Assembly (NCBI GenBank): GCA_023247915.1
Contig: JAHFFN010000005.1
Location: 1-58,731, forward strand
Source of the DNA: Candidatus Omnitrophota bacterium
GTDB lineage: Bacteria > Omnitrophota > Gorgyraeia > 2-02-FULL-51-18
Length of the DNA: 58,731 bases
Direction of reading: 5' to 3'
In this document: in pieces, positions 1 to 10,851 of the stretch
Layout: each line of letters starts with the position of its first letter
Position numbering within the stretch: position 1 is the first letter of the stretch
The notes under the pieces: model-generated
Seen by the model: only the letters and a program-made list of their open reading frames with translations
Databases searched by the model: none
Told to the model about the DNA's origin: nothing
Translations under genes and position numbers: made by a program

Positions 1-2405
1 GTGCATTTTGCCAAACAAAAAGGCATTCCCGTGGGTCCAGGTCGTGGATCCGCCGCCGGCAGTGTGGTGAGCTACGCGCTGGGCATCACCGACATTGATC
101 CGCTCCCATACGATCTTCTCTTTGAACGTTTTTTAAACCCCGAACGCGTCTCGATGCCGGATATCGATATCGATTTTTGCTACGAGCGTCGCGACGAAGT
201 GATTCAATACGTCACCGATAAATATTCCAAAGACAATGTCGCGCAAATTATCACCTTTGGAACCATGATGGCCAAGGCCGTGATCCGTGACGTGGGGCGT
301 GTCATGGCCATTCCTTACGCGGAAGTGGATAAAATCGCCAAGCTCATTCCAACCGAGCTTGAAATCACTATCGACGACGCGCTGGAACGTGAACAAGAGC
401 TCAAAATCTTTATAAAACCAATCCACAAATCACGCAACTCATCGACACTTCGCGTATTTTGGAAGGCATGACGCGTCATGCTTCGACGCACGCGGCGGGC
501 GTTGTGATCAGCGAACGGCCTCTCAAAGAACACGTGCCTCTGTTTAAAACCAGCGACGGACAAATCTCGACGCAGTTTTCTATGGAGAGCCTCGAAAAAA
601 TCGGACTTCTTAAGATGGACTTTTTGGGTCTTCGCACACTCACCGTTATTGACGACACGCTTAAAATTATCAAGCGCATCCAAAAAAAAGATCTCGATTG
701 GAGCGCTATTCCTTTGAATGACGCCAAAACATTTGAACAACTTTCAAAAGCGCAGTCGATCGGTGTGTTTCAGTTGGAATCCAGCGGCATGCGTGACATC
801 TTGCAAAAACTCCGGCCGGATAAGTTCGAAGACTTGATCGCTATTCTGGCCTTGTATCGTCCGGGCCCGATCGGTTCCGGCATGGTGGATGAATTTATCA
901 AACGCAAGCACGGGCAGATCCCCATCGCGTATGATCATCCGCTTTTGGAAGCGATCCTGAAAGACACCTACGGGATCATCGTCTTCCAAGAACAAATCAT
1001 GAAAATTGTGAATATTTTGGCCGGTTTTTCTCTGGGCAAATCCGACATGCTTCGCCGAGCCATCTCCAAAAAGAAGGAAGAGATTATTCAGGAAGCGCGC
1101 GAAGACTTTGTGAGTGGTTGCGCCACTAACAAAATTGACAAGAAAATTGCCGACAAGATTTTTAATTTCATCGTGCACTTCGCAGGCTATGGATTTAACA
1201 AGAGCCATTCCGCCGCTTACGCGCTTATTTCTTATCGCACCGCGTATCTCAAGGCGAATTACACCGTAGAATTTATGACCGCGCTTCTATCGAGTGAAAA
1301 AGACAATACCGACAAGGTCGTGCTGTACATCGACGAAGCCAAGCGCATGGGCCTTCAGGTGTTGCCGCCGGATGTGAATGAAAGCTTTCCTCAATTCACC
1401 GTGGTCGGCGCTGACACGATTCGTTTTGGACTGTCCGCCGTCAAAAATGTGGGACAAACCGCGATTGACGCGATTATTCAAGGCCGCATCAAACAAAAAA
1501 GTTTCAAATCCTTTCACGATCTCACCGAACACGTGGATTTGCGTGTGGTGAATCGCAAGGTGCTGGAAAGTCTGATCAAATGCGGCGCGTTCGACACCAT
1601 GGGTGTTTTTCGTTCACGGCTTTTTGCGGTGCTTGAGCAAGCGTTGTCCGCGGCGGGCGAAGTTCAGAAAGACCGCGAGAGCGGGCAACGGTCTTTTTTT
1701 GACACACTGGGCGGCGAAGGCACGTTTAAGAAAAATTTTGAGTTTCCCGACATTCCCGAATGGACGGACAGCGAACGTCTCCTGCATGAAAAAGAAATGC
1801 TCGGGTTTTATGTGACCGGCCATCCGCTGGATCGCTACAAAAAAGAACTGAAAAGTTATTCGACGGTATCAACAGCCACGATGGGCAATCGCCGGGATGG
1901 GGAAGAGATCTTAATCGGCGGCTTGGTGAGTAAACTTAAATTCACGCAAACTAAAAAAAATAATGAGAAAATGGCGATTGTCACGATTGAAGACTTGGAT
2001 GGTTCGGTGGACGCGCTGATTTTTCCAAGATCCTTCAAAGAGTTTGGGCACCATTTGATCAAGGACGCCATTCTATTTTTCAAAGGCAATCTCGATAAAA
2101 AAGAGCAGACGCCCAAAATCTTGGTGAATGAAATCACGCCTATCTCGGAAGTACATAAAAAATTTACCCGCAGTATTCTTGTGAAATTCGCCGCGGCCAG
2201 CGCCCAGGAAAATCTCCTGAAAAATTTGCAGGAGGTGCTCTCCAAATACCCGGGGACGATTCCGGTGTACCTGGAATTTCTCGATAAAAATAATACGCGC
2301 TCGCAAATGCTGGTTGACCGGAGTCTTTTTGTCAAACCCGGCGAAGAATTAGTCCAATCCCTCCAGAAAGTCGTCGGCGAAGAAGCCGTCAGTTTACGCA
2401 TCTAA
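1..2405 (+). CDS. dnaE: DNA polymerase III alpha subunit, 5'-truncated by the window edge, with a 1-nt frameshift at 403-406
   Basis: ORF 1..471 has [10 protein letters not shown] and [14 protein letters not shown] 459..2405 continues with [25 protein letters not shown] and an OB fold. Adding one A to AAAA at 403-406 joins them as ...[32 protein letters not shown]... Confidence 0.95.
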
Positions 2406-2453
2406 CCCTAATTAATCCCATCACTAACGTCATTTTTTAACGATTTTACGTCA

Positions 2454-2483
2454 TTGACACTGTAAGTCCTTGTTTGGTAATAT
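2454..2483 (+). promoter_or_regulatory. sigma70-type promoter for HU-hisS-aspS operon
   Basis: TTGACA (2454-2459), 18-nt spacer, TGgTAATAT extended -10 (2475-2483); RBS AGGAGG at 2504-2509. Confidence 0.65.
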
Positions 2484-2515
2484 CATACGGTAAGTCTCTG
2501 CCTAGGAGGACTGGA

Positions 2516-2794
2516 ATGGCCATTACAAAAAAAGACATTGTGTTGAAAATTTCGACCGAAACGAACATCAAGCAAATTGATGTAAAGCGTGTTGTACAAA
2601 GCATGTTAGATAAAGTTACCGAGTTTTTGGCGGCAGGCCAAACGGTCGAATTGAGAAATTTTGGGATTTTCAAAATCAAATCCAGACGCGGTCGCTTGGG
2701 TCGCAATCCCCGCACCGGACAAGAAGTTCCTGTTCCTCCCAAAAAAGTCGTCATTTTCAAGCCCGGCCTCATCATGAAGAGGGACGTGAAATAG
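2516..2794 (+). CDS. HU/IHF family DNA-binding protein
   Basis: MAITKKDIV...VELRNFGIF...GRNPRTG...FKPG signature; ATG at 2516 after AGGAGG. Confidence 0.95.
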   Translation: MAITKKDIVLKISTETNIKQIDVKRVVQSMLDKVTEFLAAGQTVELRNFGIFKIKSRRGRLGRNPRTGQEVPVPPKKVVIFKPGLIMKRDVK

Positions 2795-2804
2795 ACGTTA
2801 CCCC

Positions 2805-4076
2805 ATGTCATTCAAACGCCTGCGCGGAACCCATGATACCTGGGGTGAAGAAGCGCTTCTTTTCCACAAAATTGAATCCATAGCCCGCGAAGTCTTTTCC
2901 CGTTTCGGTTTCGAAGAATTAAAAACCCCCATCCTGGAAGAAAAAGAACTGTTTACCCGTGCGCTTGGCACGGAGACCGACGTTGTTCAAAAAGAAATGT
3001 ATGAATTTATCGATCGCTCCAAAACGGCGGTGGCGATGCGGCCGGAAGGCACGGCCGGAGTGGTGCGCGCGTACATCGAAAATAATTTTGATAAGACGAT
3101 GGGGCTGGCCAAGTTTTTTTACATGGGTCCGATGTTTCGTAGCGAGCGGCCGCAAGCGGGGCGTCTCCGGCAATTTCATCAGATCGGCGTGGAACAGCTG
3201 GGAACAGACAATGCGCTCGCGGACGCTGAGACGATTCAAGCGCTCACAGTTTTTTTGGACGAGGCTGGCGCCGGCGGTTATCAGGTAAAACTAAATAATT
3301 TGGGAACCTTTGAAGAAAGAAGCGGTTTCAAAGAAAAATTAAAAGAATATTTCACGCCGCAACTGAAATCTCTTTGCGAAGACTGTCAAAATCGTTTGGC
3401 CAAAAATCCGTTTCGCATTTTGGACTGCAAGGTAGAAACTTGCCGGCAGATTGTGCGCAAAGCGCCGTCGATTCGTGAGTTTTTAACGCCGGAGAGTTTG
3501 GAGCATCACACCAAAGTCTGCAAGGCGCTGGACGCGGCCGGGATTGCTTATAAGGAAGATCCTTATATGGTTCGCGGTCTGGATTATTACACGAAAACAG
3601 TTTTTGAGATTTCGCATTCCAAGCTGGGCGCGCAAGACGCGTTGGCGGCTGGCGGACGTTATGATCGGCTTATCGAATCGTTTGGGGGAACGCCGGCAGG
3701 CGCCGTGGGTTTTGCGGTGGGCGTAGAACGTTTGGCGATGTGTGTGGATGCGGGAACAATGCCAGCACTCACTCAACCGGGATTTTTTATGGTGACATTG
3801 GGCGAAAAGGCTTTTGAAGAAGGCTTTCGCATTGTTTCGGATTTAAGAAAAAACGGTGTCAAGGCGCTCATGGATTTTTCCGCCAAATCCATGAAGAGTC
3901 AGATGCGTGCCGCCGACAAGTCCAAAGCCGGATACGCAATTATTTTAGGGGACGATGAAATCGTTCAAAAAGAATTTACGTTAAAAAATCTGTCCAGCGG
4001 TGAGCAGTCAAAAAAGCCGCTCGGAGACATCATCACGATCTGCAAAAGCATTGGAAAAGGGGAATGGGGATGTTAA
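2805..4076 (+). CDS. hisS: histidine--tRNA ligase
   Basis: RPEGTA, FRSERPQAGRLRQFHQ, VRGLDYY, GGRYD motifs. Confidence 0.97.
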   Translation: MSFKRLRGTHDTWGEEALLFHKIESIAREVFSRFGFEELKTPILEEKELFTRALGTETDVVQKEMYEFIDRSKTAVAMRPEGTAGVVRAYIENNFDKTMGLAKFFYMGPMFRSERPQAGRLRQFHQIGVEQLGTDNALADAETIQALTVFLDEAGAGGYQVKLNNLGTFEERSGFKEKLKEYFTPQLKSLCEDCQNRLAKNPFRILDCKVETCRQIVRKAPSIREFLTPESLEHHTKVCKALDAAGIAYKEDPYMVRGLDYYTKTVFEISHSKLGAQDALAAGGRYDRLIESFGGTPAGAVGFAVGVERLAMCVDAGTMPALTQPGFFMVTLGEKAFEEGFRIVSDLRKNGVKALMDFSAKSMKSQMRAADKSKAGYAIILGDDEIVQKEFTLKNLSSGEQSKKPLGDIITICKSIGKGEWGC

Positions 4077-5824
4077 GAACTCATACATGCGGGGAATTGA
4101 CAGAAAAGCAGGTGGGGCAGACGGCGACGCTTTCCGGTTGGGTGGATACTTGCCGCGATCACGGCGGGCTGACCTTTGTCGACCTGAGAGATCGCTATGG
4201 CAAAACGCAGATTGTGATCGACGCGGCCTCGACCAAGAAATTTGCCGAACATTTGCATTCCGAATACTGCCTTCAAATCACCGGCAAGGTGCAGTTGAGA
4301 CCCAAAGGCACGGAAAATGCCAAGCTTTTGACGGGGCAAATCGAAATTGCCGCGACAGAGATTAAACAACTTAACTCTTCGGAACCGCTTCCTTTTGAAG
4401 TTACCAAATCTCAGGAAACCAACGAAGAACTTCGTTTGACCTACCGCTATCTCGATCTAAGAAATCCCGCGGTGCAGAAAAATTTGTTTGCGCGCTCCAA
4501 GATGTATCAAACGATACGCCGCACGCTCGATAAAAAAGATTTTATCGAAGTCGAGACACCGATTCTCACCAAATCAACACCGGAAGGCGCGCGCGACTAT
4601 CTAGTGCCGAGCCGTTTGAATGCGGGGGAGTTTTACGCTCTGCCGCAATCGCCCCAGCTTTTTAAACAGATTCTCATGGTGTCGGGTTTCGACCGCTATT
4701 TCCAAATCGCCAAATGTTTTCGCGATGAAGATTTGCGCGCGGATCGTCAGCCCGAGTTCACTCAGCTCGACATGGAAATGTCTTTTTTGGAAGAAAATGA
4801 TCTTTTCTCGATTATCGAAGAAGTGTTGGTGGAAATTTTGAAAGACATTAAAGGAATCAAATTGGCGACGCCGTTTCCACGGCTAACGTATCAGGAAGCG
4901 ATGTCGAATTATGGTTCTGACAAACCAGATTTGCGTTTTGACCTAAAAATTCAGGACGTTTCCAAGCTCGTTGAAAATAGCGGCTTCAATGTGTTTGCCA
5001 GTGTCGCCAAAACAGCTGATGGCTTGGTCGCCGGGCTTTGCATTCCCAAAGCGGAGGCATCGCGCAAAGACATCGACACGCTCACAGAATTTGCCAAAGC
5101 CGAAGGCGCGGGTGGACTGGCTTACTTTAAAGTTAATGACACGGGATTGGAGTCTCCGATCACTAAGTTTTTCAAACCGGAAGAGCTTGCGGCGATACAA
5201 AAGAAATTTTCCGCCGCCCCAGGTGACTTGATTGTTTTTGTCGCCGACAAAAAACAGGTGACTTTGAAAGTCTTGGGTGCGATTCGTCTTTACGCCGCCA
5301 AATGGAAAAACCTGATTCCGGCCGATCAATTTCATTTTAGCTGGGTCATGGACTTCCCTTTATTTAAATTTAATGAAGAAGAAAACAAATTGGATAGCGA
5401 GCATCATCCGTTCACCGCGCCTCACGCGGAAGACTGGCCGTTGTACAAGGCGGGGAAGATGAAGGCTGATCAAGTGCGTTCGCGCGCTTATGATCTTGTG
5501 ATGAATGGCAATGAAATCGCTTCCGGCTCGATTCGTATTCACAATGCCGCGCTTCAAAAAGAAATATTTGATTCGATCGGCATTAGTGACGAAGAAGCCA
5601 ATCTGCGCTTTGCGTTTCTTCTCAAAGCGTTTAAATTTTCGGCGCCTCCTCACGGCGGCATCGCGTTGGGTCTTGATCGCGTCTTGACCATTCTCATGGG
5701 TCTCGACAGTATCCGGGAGGTGATCGCTTTTCCCAAGAATCAAAAAGCGGTTTGCCCGATGACATCCGCGCCGTCCCTGGTGGCGGAACGCCAGCTCAAA
5801 GATTTGCATATTAAAATCCGTTGA
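4070..5824 (+). CDS. aspS: aspartate--tRNA ligase (probably non-discriminating)
   Basis: MLRTHTCGEL, RDHGG, PEGARDY, LPQSPQLFKQ, CFRDEDLRADRQPEFTQLD, PPHGGIALGLDR. Confidence 0.97.
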   Translation: MLRTHTCGELTEKQVGQTATLSGWVDTCRDHGGLTFVDLRDRYGKTQIVIDAASTKKFAEHLHSEYCLQITGKVQLRPKGTENAKLLTGQIEIAATEIKQLNSSEPLPFEVTKSQETNEELRLTYRYLDLRNPAVQKNLFARSKMYQTIRRTLDKKDFIEVETPILTKSTPEGARDYLVPSRLNAGEFYALPQSPQLFKQILMVSGFDRYFQIAKCFRDEDLRADRQPEFTQLDMEMSFLEENDLFSIIEEVLVEILKDIKGIKLATPFPRLTYQEAMSNYGSDKPDLRFDLKIQDVSKLVENSGFNVFASVAKTADGLVAGLCIPKAEASRKDIDTLTEFAKAEGAGGLAYFKVNDTGLESPITKFFKPEELAAIQKKFSAAPGDLIVFVADKKQVTLKVLGAIRLYAAKWKNLIPADQFHFSWVMDFPLFKFNEEENKLDSEHHPFTAPHAEDWPLYKAGKMKADQVRSRAYDLVMNGNEIASGSIRIHNAALQKEIFDSIGISDEEANLRFAFLLKAFKFSAPPHGGIALGLDRVLTILMGLDSIREVIAFPKNQKAVCPMTSAPSLVAERQLKDLHIKIR

Positions 5825-6234
5825 TGGCCAAATCCAAAACGGCTATTGATGTCCGGTTTAAAAAGAAAATACCAGGCATTTCAACCGCGTGGGTTCAGCA
5901 TGTTATTGCGAAGGCGCACGGCCGTGCGCTCCGGCGGTGCCCCGTGAATGTGTATCTCACGGACAATAAAGAAATTCGTAAGATCAATAAACAATTTTTG
6001 AAACACGATTACGCGACAGATGTGATTTCATTCTCGCTGGGAGATTCGAATGATCTGGTTGTTTCGTTCGAAATGGCCCGGCAAATGGCCAAAGAATTAA
6101 AAATCCCGTTTCGCGAAGAATTGGCGCGTTATTTGGTGCACGGCACCTTGCATTTACTGGGATATGACGACAAAAAGAAATCCGATCACGCCCGCATGCA
6201 CGCGCGGCAGGAAGCGATCCTAAAAAAAATATGA
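5824..6234 (+). CDS. ybeY: rRNA maturation endoribonuclease YbeY
   Basis: TDVISF and HGTLHLLGYDD zinc motif; TGATG overlap with aspS. Confidence 0.9.
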   Translation: MAKSKTAIDVRFKKKIPGISTAWVQHVIAKAHGRALRRCPVNVYLTDNKEIRKINKQFLKHDYATDVISFSLGDSNDLVVSFEMARQMAKELKIPFREELARYLVHGTLHLLGYDDKKKSDHARMHARQEAILKKI

Positions 6235-6932
6235 ACAAACGCAGTTTTCTTCAGAGTTTGAATGACGCGGCCGAAGGATTTATTTATGTGGTGCGCTATG
6301 AACGCAACATGCGCATCCATTATTTATTTTCATTCATGATGCTGCTTTTGGCGGTACTTCTTGGCATCAGCCGGATTGAATGGATTATTTTATGCATCAC
6401 GATTTCTTTTGTGTTGGTCGCCGAAATGATTAACACCGCTATCGAAGAAACCGTGGATGCCATTTTTAAAAAAACTCACGCGGAGGAAGCGCGCATCATC
6501 AAGCATGTTTCCGCCGGAGCGGTGCTGGTCAGCGCTGTGGCCGCGTTTGTAGTCGGATTTTTAATTTTCGCCAAGTACTGGCAATGGCCGATCGAGTGGA
6601 CCGCGTTTCGACTGCGCTACGCTAGCTGGCATACAACTTTTATCGCGCTCCTCACGGTTTTTTTCTTTGTGATTGGCGGCAAGGCTTTCTTTTCCCATGG
6701 GACGCCATTTCGCGGAGGAGCCATCAGCGGGCATTCGGCGATCGCTTTTTCTCTGTGGACGACGGTGATTTTTACCAATCAAAATCCGTTTATTATCGGC
6801 GTGACATTTTGCATGGCGGCGCTTGTGGCTCAAAGCCGTTTGCGCGCGAAAATTCATTCGTTCGTCGAAGTGGTGATTGGGGCGGTCGTGGGAATCTTAG
6901 TCACAGCATTTTTCTTTCAAATCTTCCATTGA
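6231..6932 (+). CDS. dgkA: diacylglycerol/undecaprenol kinase fused to a PAP2-like domain
   Basis: ERNMRIH, EMINTAIEETVD N-terminal DgkA; SGHS and SRL..KIHS PAP2 motifs; multiple TM helices. Confidence 0.85.
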   Translation: MNKRSFLQSLNDAAEGFIYVVRYERNMRIHYLFSFMMLLLAVLLGISRIEWIILCITISFVLVAEMINTAIEETVDAIFKKTHAEEARIIKHVSAGAVLVSAVAAFVVGFLIFAKYWQWPIEWTAFRLRYASWHTTFIALLTVFFFVIGGKAFFSHGTPFRGGAISGHSAIAFSLWTTVIFTNQNPFIIGVTFCMAALVAQSRLRAKIHSFVEVVIGAVVGILVTAFFFQIFH

Positions 6933-7684
6933 GCGCCACCAAAACCTTAGCCTTCATTTTAAAAACCCAGGACTATCGCGATACGAGTCTTCTTGGGCAT
7001 TTCTACACGCGTGATTTTGGGAAGGTTCATGGCATTATCAAAGGCATTCGCGACACGCGCGCGCGATTTGGAAGTACGCTTGAGCCTTTTTCTTTGAATG
7101 AGATTTTGTTTTATCGCCGGCGTCGCGGCAGTGATTTGCATCAGGTGACGCATGTGGAGCTTTTGGATCTTTTTACGGATGTGCGGGACAATCTCGAACG
7201 CTTATCTTACGCGAGTTATTTCGCGGAGCTCTTGGATCAGATTGTCGAGCTGGAAGAACCTTCGCCCGAGATTTTTGATTTATTCAAAGACACACTTCTT
7301 TTGATGACGGCGGGCGCTTCGCCAAAACGCTGTGCCCGGATTTTTGAGGTGAAACTTTGCGGGATTCTGGGGCTTCTGCCGGAAATCAAAGCATGCGTGA
7401 TTTGCCGCGCACCCTCGCCGGATCCGGCGTATTTCAGCGCCAAGCACGGAGGAATTCAGTGCAAGAGCTGTTCTTCCGGTGCCGGGGCGGTGACACCCGT
7501 TTCGCAGGGAACGCTTAGCTTTATGGATCGGGTGATTCGCTTTGATGTGAAGGATTTGCACAATGTGAAGGTGTCCCAGGAAGTCGGGGGAGATCTCGAA
7601 AAAATGATGCGGCGTTTTGTCGATTTTCAGCTCACACGCCAATTAAAAACGGTGGTTTTTTTGGAAAAAATGGGGTTTAACTAA
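6929..7684 (+). CDS. recO: DNA repair protein RecO
   Basis: TRDFGKV..KG, STLEPF, CVIC...CKSC zinc finger; TTG start overlapping the dgkA stop. Confidence 0.92.
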   Translation: MSATKTLAFILKTQDYRDTSLLGHFYTRDFGKVHGIIKGIRDTRARFGSTLEPFSLNEILFYRRRRGSDLHQVTHVELLDLFTDVRDNLERLSYASYFAELLDQIVELEEPSPEIFDLFKDTLLLMTAGASPKRCARIFEVKLCGILGLLPEIKACVICRAPSPDPAYFSAKHGGIQCKSCSSGAGAVTPVSQGTLSFMDRVIRFDVKDLHNVKVSQEVGGDLEKMMRRFVDFQLTRQLKTVVFLEKMGFN

Positions 7685-7788
7685 TAGCGTATAGCGGGTA
7701 GCGTTTAGCGGATAGGAAAAGCCAGGAATTTTTCTGCTTTAATCTTTTTATCTTTTTCTATACGCTATACGCTAAACGCTATCCGCTG
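7685..7788. repeat. inverted array of tandem 7-mers
   Basis: TAGCGTA-TAGCGGG-TAGCGTT-TAGCGGA-TAG (7685-7715) and complementary CTA-TACGCTA-TACGCTA-AACGCTA-TCCGCT (7758-7787) around a 42-nt spacer. Confidence 0.9.
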
Positions 7789-7798
7789 GATAAATATT

Positions 7799-8680
7799 AT
7801 GATCTATTTTCAAGACCTTATTTCAAAGCTATCCGATTACTGGGCTAAAAAAGGCTGTGCGATTCTCCAACCGCTCGACATGGAGGTTGGAGCGGGGACT
7901 TTTCATCCGGCCACTTTTTTTGGATCTTTGGGCTCTCAAGGTTCGAAGGTTGCCTATGTTCAGCCGACACGCCGTCCGACCGATGGCCGCTACGGCGAAA
8001 ATCCTCTGCGCACCCAACATTATTATCAATACCAAGTGATTCTAAAGCCCTCCCCGGAAAACGCTCAGGATCTTTATCTGGATAGTTTGAGGGCGGTGGG
8101 ACTCAAACTCGAAGAGCATGATATCCGTTTTGTGCAGGACGATTGGGAGTCACCGACCTTGGGTGCTTCTGGGCTTGGCTGGGAAGTGTGGTTGGATAGT
8201 TTGGAAGTGACGCAGTTCACGTATTTCCAGCAAATGGCGGGCATTACTTTAAATCCGATTTCTTGCGAAATCACCTACGGGCTTGAACGCATCTGCATGT
8301 TTTTGCAGAACAAGCATGATCTCTTTGAATTGGAATGGGCCAAAGGAATAAGCTACGGCGATCTTCGGAAAAAATATGAAATCGAATACTGCCGTTACAA
8401 TTTTGATACCAGTGACACCAAGATGCTTTTAGGTTTGTTTGAGACCTGCGAAGCCGAGGCCAAGCGGCTTTTAGGCAGCACGCCGGAAGAGATTCAAAGC
8501 GCGCTCGCATTGCCGGCCTATGAAATGACGCTCAAGACCTCCCATTTCTTTAATATGTTAGACGCGCGCGGTGCCGTGAGCGTGAATGAACGCCCCGCCT
8601 ATATCGCGCGTGTCCGCAATCTCGCCAAAAAATGCGCGCAGAGCTATTTGGCCAAGTCGGGAGTGGTGCAAACCACATAA
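7799..8680 (+). CDS. glyQ: glycine--tRNA ligase alpha subunit
   Basis: [38 protein letters not shown]. Confidence 0.97.
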   Translation: MIYFQDLISKLSDYWAKKGCAILQPLDMEVGAGTFHPATFFGSLGSQGSKVAYVQPTRRPTDGRYGENPLRTQHYYQYQVILKPSPENAQDLYLDSLRAVGLKLEEHDIRFVQDDWESPTLGASGLGWEVWLDSLEVTQFTYFQQMAGITLNPISCEITYGLERICMFLQNKHDLFELEWAKGISYGDLRKKYEIEYCRYNFDTSDTKMLLGLFETCEAEAKRLLGSTPEEIQSALALPAYEMTLKTSHFFNMLDARGAVSVNERPAYIARVRNLAKKCAQSYLAKSGVVQTT

Positions 8681-8684
8681 AACC

Positions 8685-10820
8685 ATGAAAACCTCCGTCC
8701 ATAAAAACACAACAAACGACCTTTTGTTTGAAATCGGCTGCGAAGAGCTTCCCGCGACGAATCTGGCTGATATTTTCGAATCCACCGCCGAAAATGTTTT
8801 GGAAATCCGCCTTAAAAAAATCCTGGAAGAAAAAAGAATCGGTTTTAAAAGTTGCCGTGTGTGGGCGACCCCGCGCCGCTTGGTGTTTTTGACCGAAGCC
8901 GTCGAAGCCGCCCAACAGCCGAAAGAAGAGCGCATCAAGATTATTTCCAAGGAAGAGGGGTATGACGCCGGCGGCGCTCCCACACCGAAGCTTTTGACAA
9001 TCTTAAAACATCGCGGTGTTGCGGTGGGCGATGTGATGATTGAAGAGTTTAACGGCAAGCCGTTTATTTTCTTAAAAAAATCCGAAGGGGTGCGTAAAAC
9101 CCAGGAGCTTTTGCCGGAGATTTTCGAAGCGCTCGTCAAATCCCTGGGATTCCCAAAAAATATGAAATGGGACGAGTCGGGGATTTATTTCCCGAGACCT
9201 ATCCGCAACTTTCTCTGTTTCTACGGCGACAAGCCGGTGCTTTTTAAAATCGGGCAGACGCACGCGAAGCCGCAGACGATTATTTTTTCAAAAGCAAAAC
9301 GCAGCGCGTACAATGTCAAAAATATTCCCGCTTATTTTTCTCTCCTCAAAAAACGCGGCGTGATTTTGGATCCGGTGGAACGAAAAGCCGCGATTCAGAA
9401 AAATCTGGAGAAATTGGCCGCCTCTTACAAAGGCAAGCTCTACGAAGATCCGTTTCTTTTAAATGAAGTTAATTTTTTGGTGGAGAGCCCTCAGGGTCTG
9501 GCCGCGCCGTTTGGCGAAGAATTTTTGAAACTTCCTCTAGAGGTGCTTGCGGTCAGCATGGCGCGTAAACAACGCATCTTTGGCTTGGTGGGCTCCGATG
9601 GAAAAATCATGCCGAAGTTTCTGGCGGTGCTGGACGGCGCCGCGACCTCCAAGCAGGCCAAGGTAATCTCATTCAATATCGAAAATATTTTGCATGCCAA
9701 GCTCCAAGACAGTCTTTTTTTCTACAAAGAAGATACCAAAGCGCCGCTGGAGAAAAAACGCGACGAATTAAAAAATTTGATTTTCTTAAAAAACGCGGGA
9801 TCGATGCTGGAAAAATCCCAGCGCCTGGAACATTTGGCCTCCGTGATTTCGGCCGAGCTTTCTTTGTCGGGTCAGGAAAAAACCAATCTGTCTCGTGCCG
9901 CCAAACTTTCCAAGGCGGATCTTTTGACGCAGATGGTGGGCGAGTTTCCCGAGCTTCAGGGCGTGATCGGGCGTTATTACGCGCTTGAGAGCAGGGAAGA
10001 AGCGGCCGTCGCGGAAGCGATCGGTCAACAGTATCTACCACGCACTGTTCAAGACAGACTCCCCGAATCAAAGCTGGGCGCGTTGTTATCGATTCTCGAC
10101 AAAACCGATTTAGTGGTCGCGTCTTTCGCGCTGGGCAATGAGCCGACAAGTAGTCTCGATCCTTTTGGGCTCCGACGCAGCGCTTCAGCAGTTTTAAAAA
10201 TTTTGATAGAAAAGAAAATCCCTCTGTCGCTCAAGCAACTTCTCGAACAAAACAAAAAAGAACTCGGAGCCTATGTCCAAAAGGATAAAGAGGAAGCGCT
10301 TCTTAAGAAATTAGATTTCTTCTTCAAAGATCGTTTCAAAGCCTTGATGACTGACAAAGGTTTTCGTGAAGACCTGGTGGAGGCGGTGATGGCCACGTCT
10401 TTTGAGAAGCCTTATGAAGTTTTTTGCCGTGTCGAGGCTTTGTCGAAGATCGCTTCTAAGGAAACATGGAATCAGTCCTGGAAAGTGGTGGAGAGAACCG
10501 CCAATATTCTGAAAGGAAACAAAGAAGCGCTCGGTTCCTCACCGGATCCGTCGGTTTTCACGGAGGCTCTGGAACATCGTGTTTTTGAGTCTTATCAGAA
10601 GTCCAGCCAGGCCATTCTCAAGGCTGCCCAAGCCCAGGATTTCGCGCTCGCGACAAGCTTGTATGCGGGGGCTTTTTTTGATATTCTAATCGAATTCTTT
10701 GAGAAGGTTTTTGTGAACGCCGAAGACCTCGCGGTCCGAAAAAATCGCCTCACGCTTTTAAAATCAGTAAACCGTCTTTATGCGGACAATATTGCGGATT
10801 TATCCAAGATTCGTTTGTAA
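8685..10820 (+). CDS. glyS: glycine--tRNA ligase beta subunit
   Basis: LLFEIGCEELP, TPRRL, MVGEFPELQG, DPFGLRR, NRLTLL. Confidence 0.95.
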   Translation: MKTSVHKNTTNDLLFEIGCEELPATNLADIFESTAENVLEIRLKKILEEKRIGFKSCRVWATPRRLVFLTEAVEAAQQPKEERIKIISKEEGYDAGGAPTPKLLTILKHRGVAVGDVMIEEFNGKPFIFLKKSEGVRKTQELLPEIFEALVKSLGFPKNMKWDESGIYFPRPIRNFLCFYGDKPVLFKIGQTHAKPQTIIFSKAKRSAYNVKNIPAYFSLLKKRGVILDPVERKAAIQKNLEKLAASYKGKLYEDPFLLNEVNFLVESPQGLAAPFGEEFLKLPLEVLAVSMARKQRIFGLVGSDGKIMPKFLAVLDGAATSKQAKVISFNIENILHAKLQDSLFFYKEDTKAPLEKKRDELKNLIFLKNAGSMLEKSQRLEHLASVISAELSLSGQEKTNLSRAAKLSKADLLTQMVGEFPELQGVIGRYYALESREEAAVAEAIGQQYLPRTVQDRLPESKLGALLSILDKTDLVVASFALGNEPTSSLDPFGLRRSASAVLKILIEKKIPLSLKQLLEQNKKELGAYVQKDKEEALLKKLDFFFKDRFKALMTDKGFREDLVEAVMATSFEKPYEVFCRVEALSKIASKETWNQSWKVVERTANILKGNKEALGSSPDPSVFTEALEHRVFESYQKSSQAILKAAQAQDFALATSLYAGAFFDILIEFFEKVFVNAEDLAVRKNRLTLLKSVNRLYADNIADLSKIRL

Positions 10821-10851
10821 CTGGTTTCAATCAAAATAAGGAATCAATCGA

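Noticed and set aside
6755-6928. N-terminal extensions given by the ORF track for recO (also glyS, ino1, uup, pstB, porin)
   Set aside because: They overlap upstream genes or promoters. Downstream starts match family N-termini and translational coupling.
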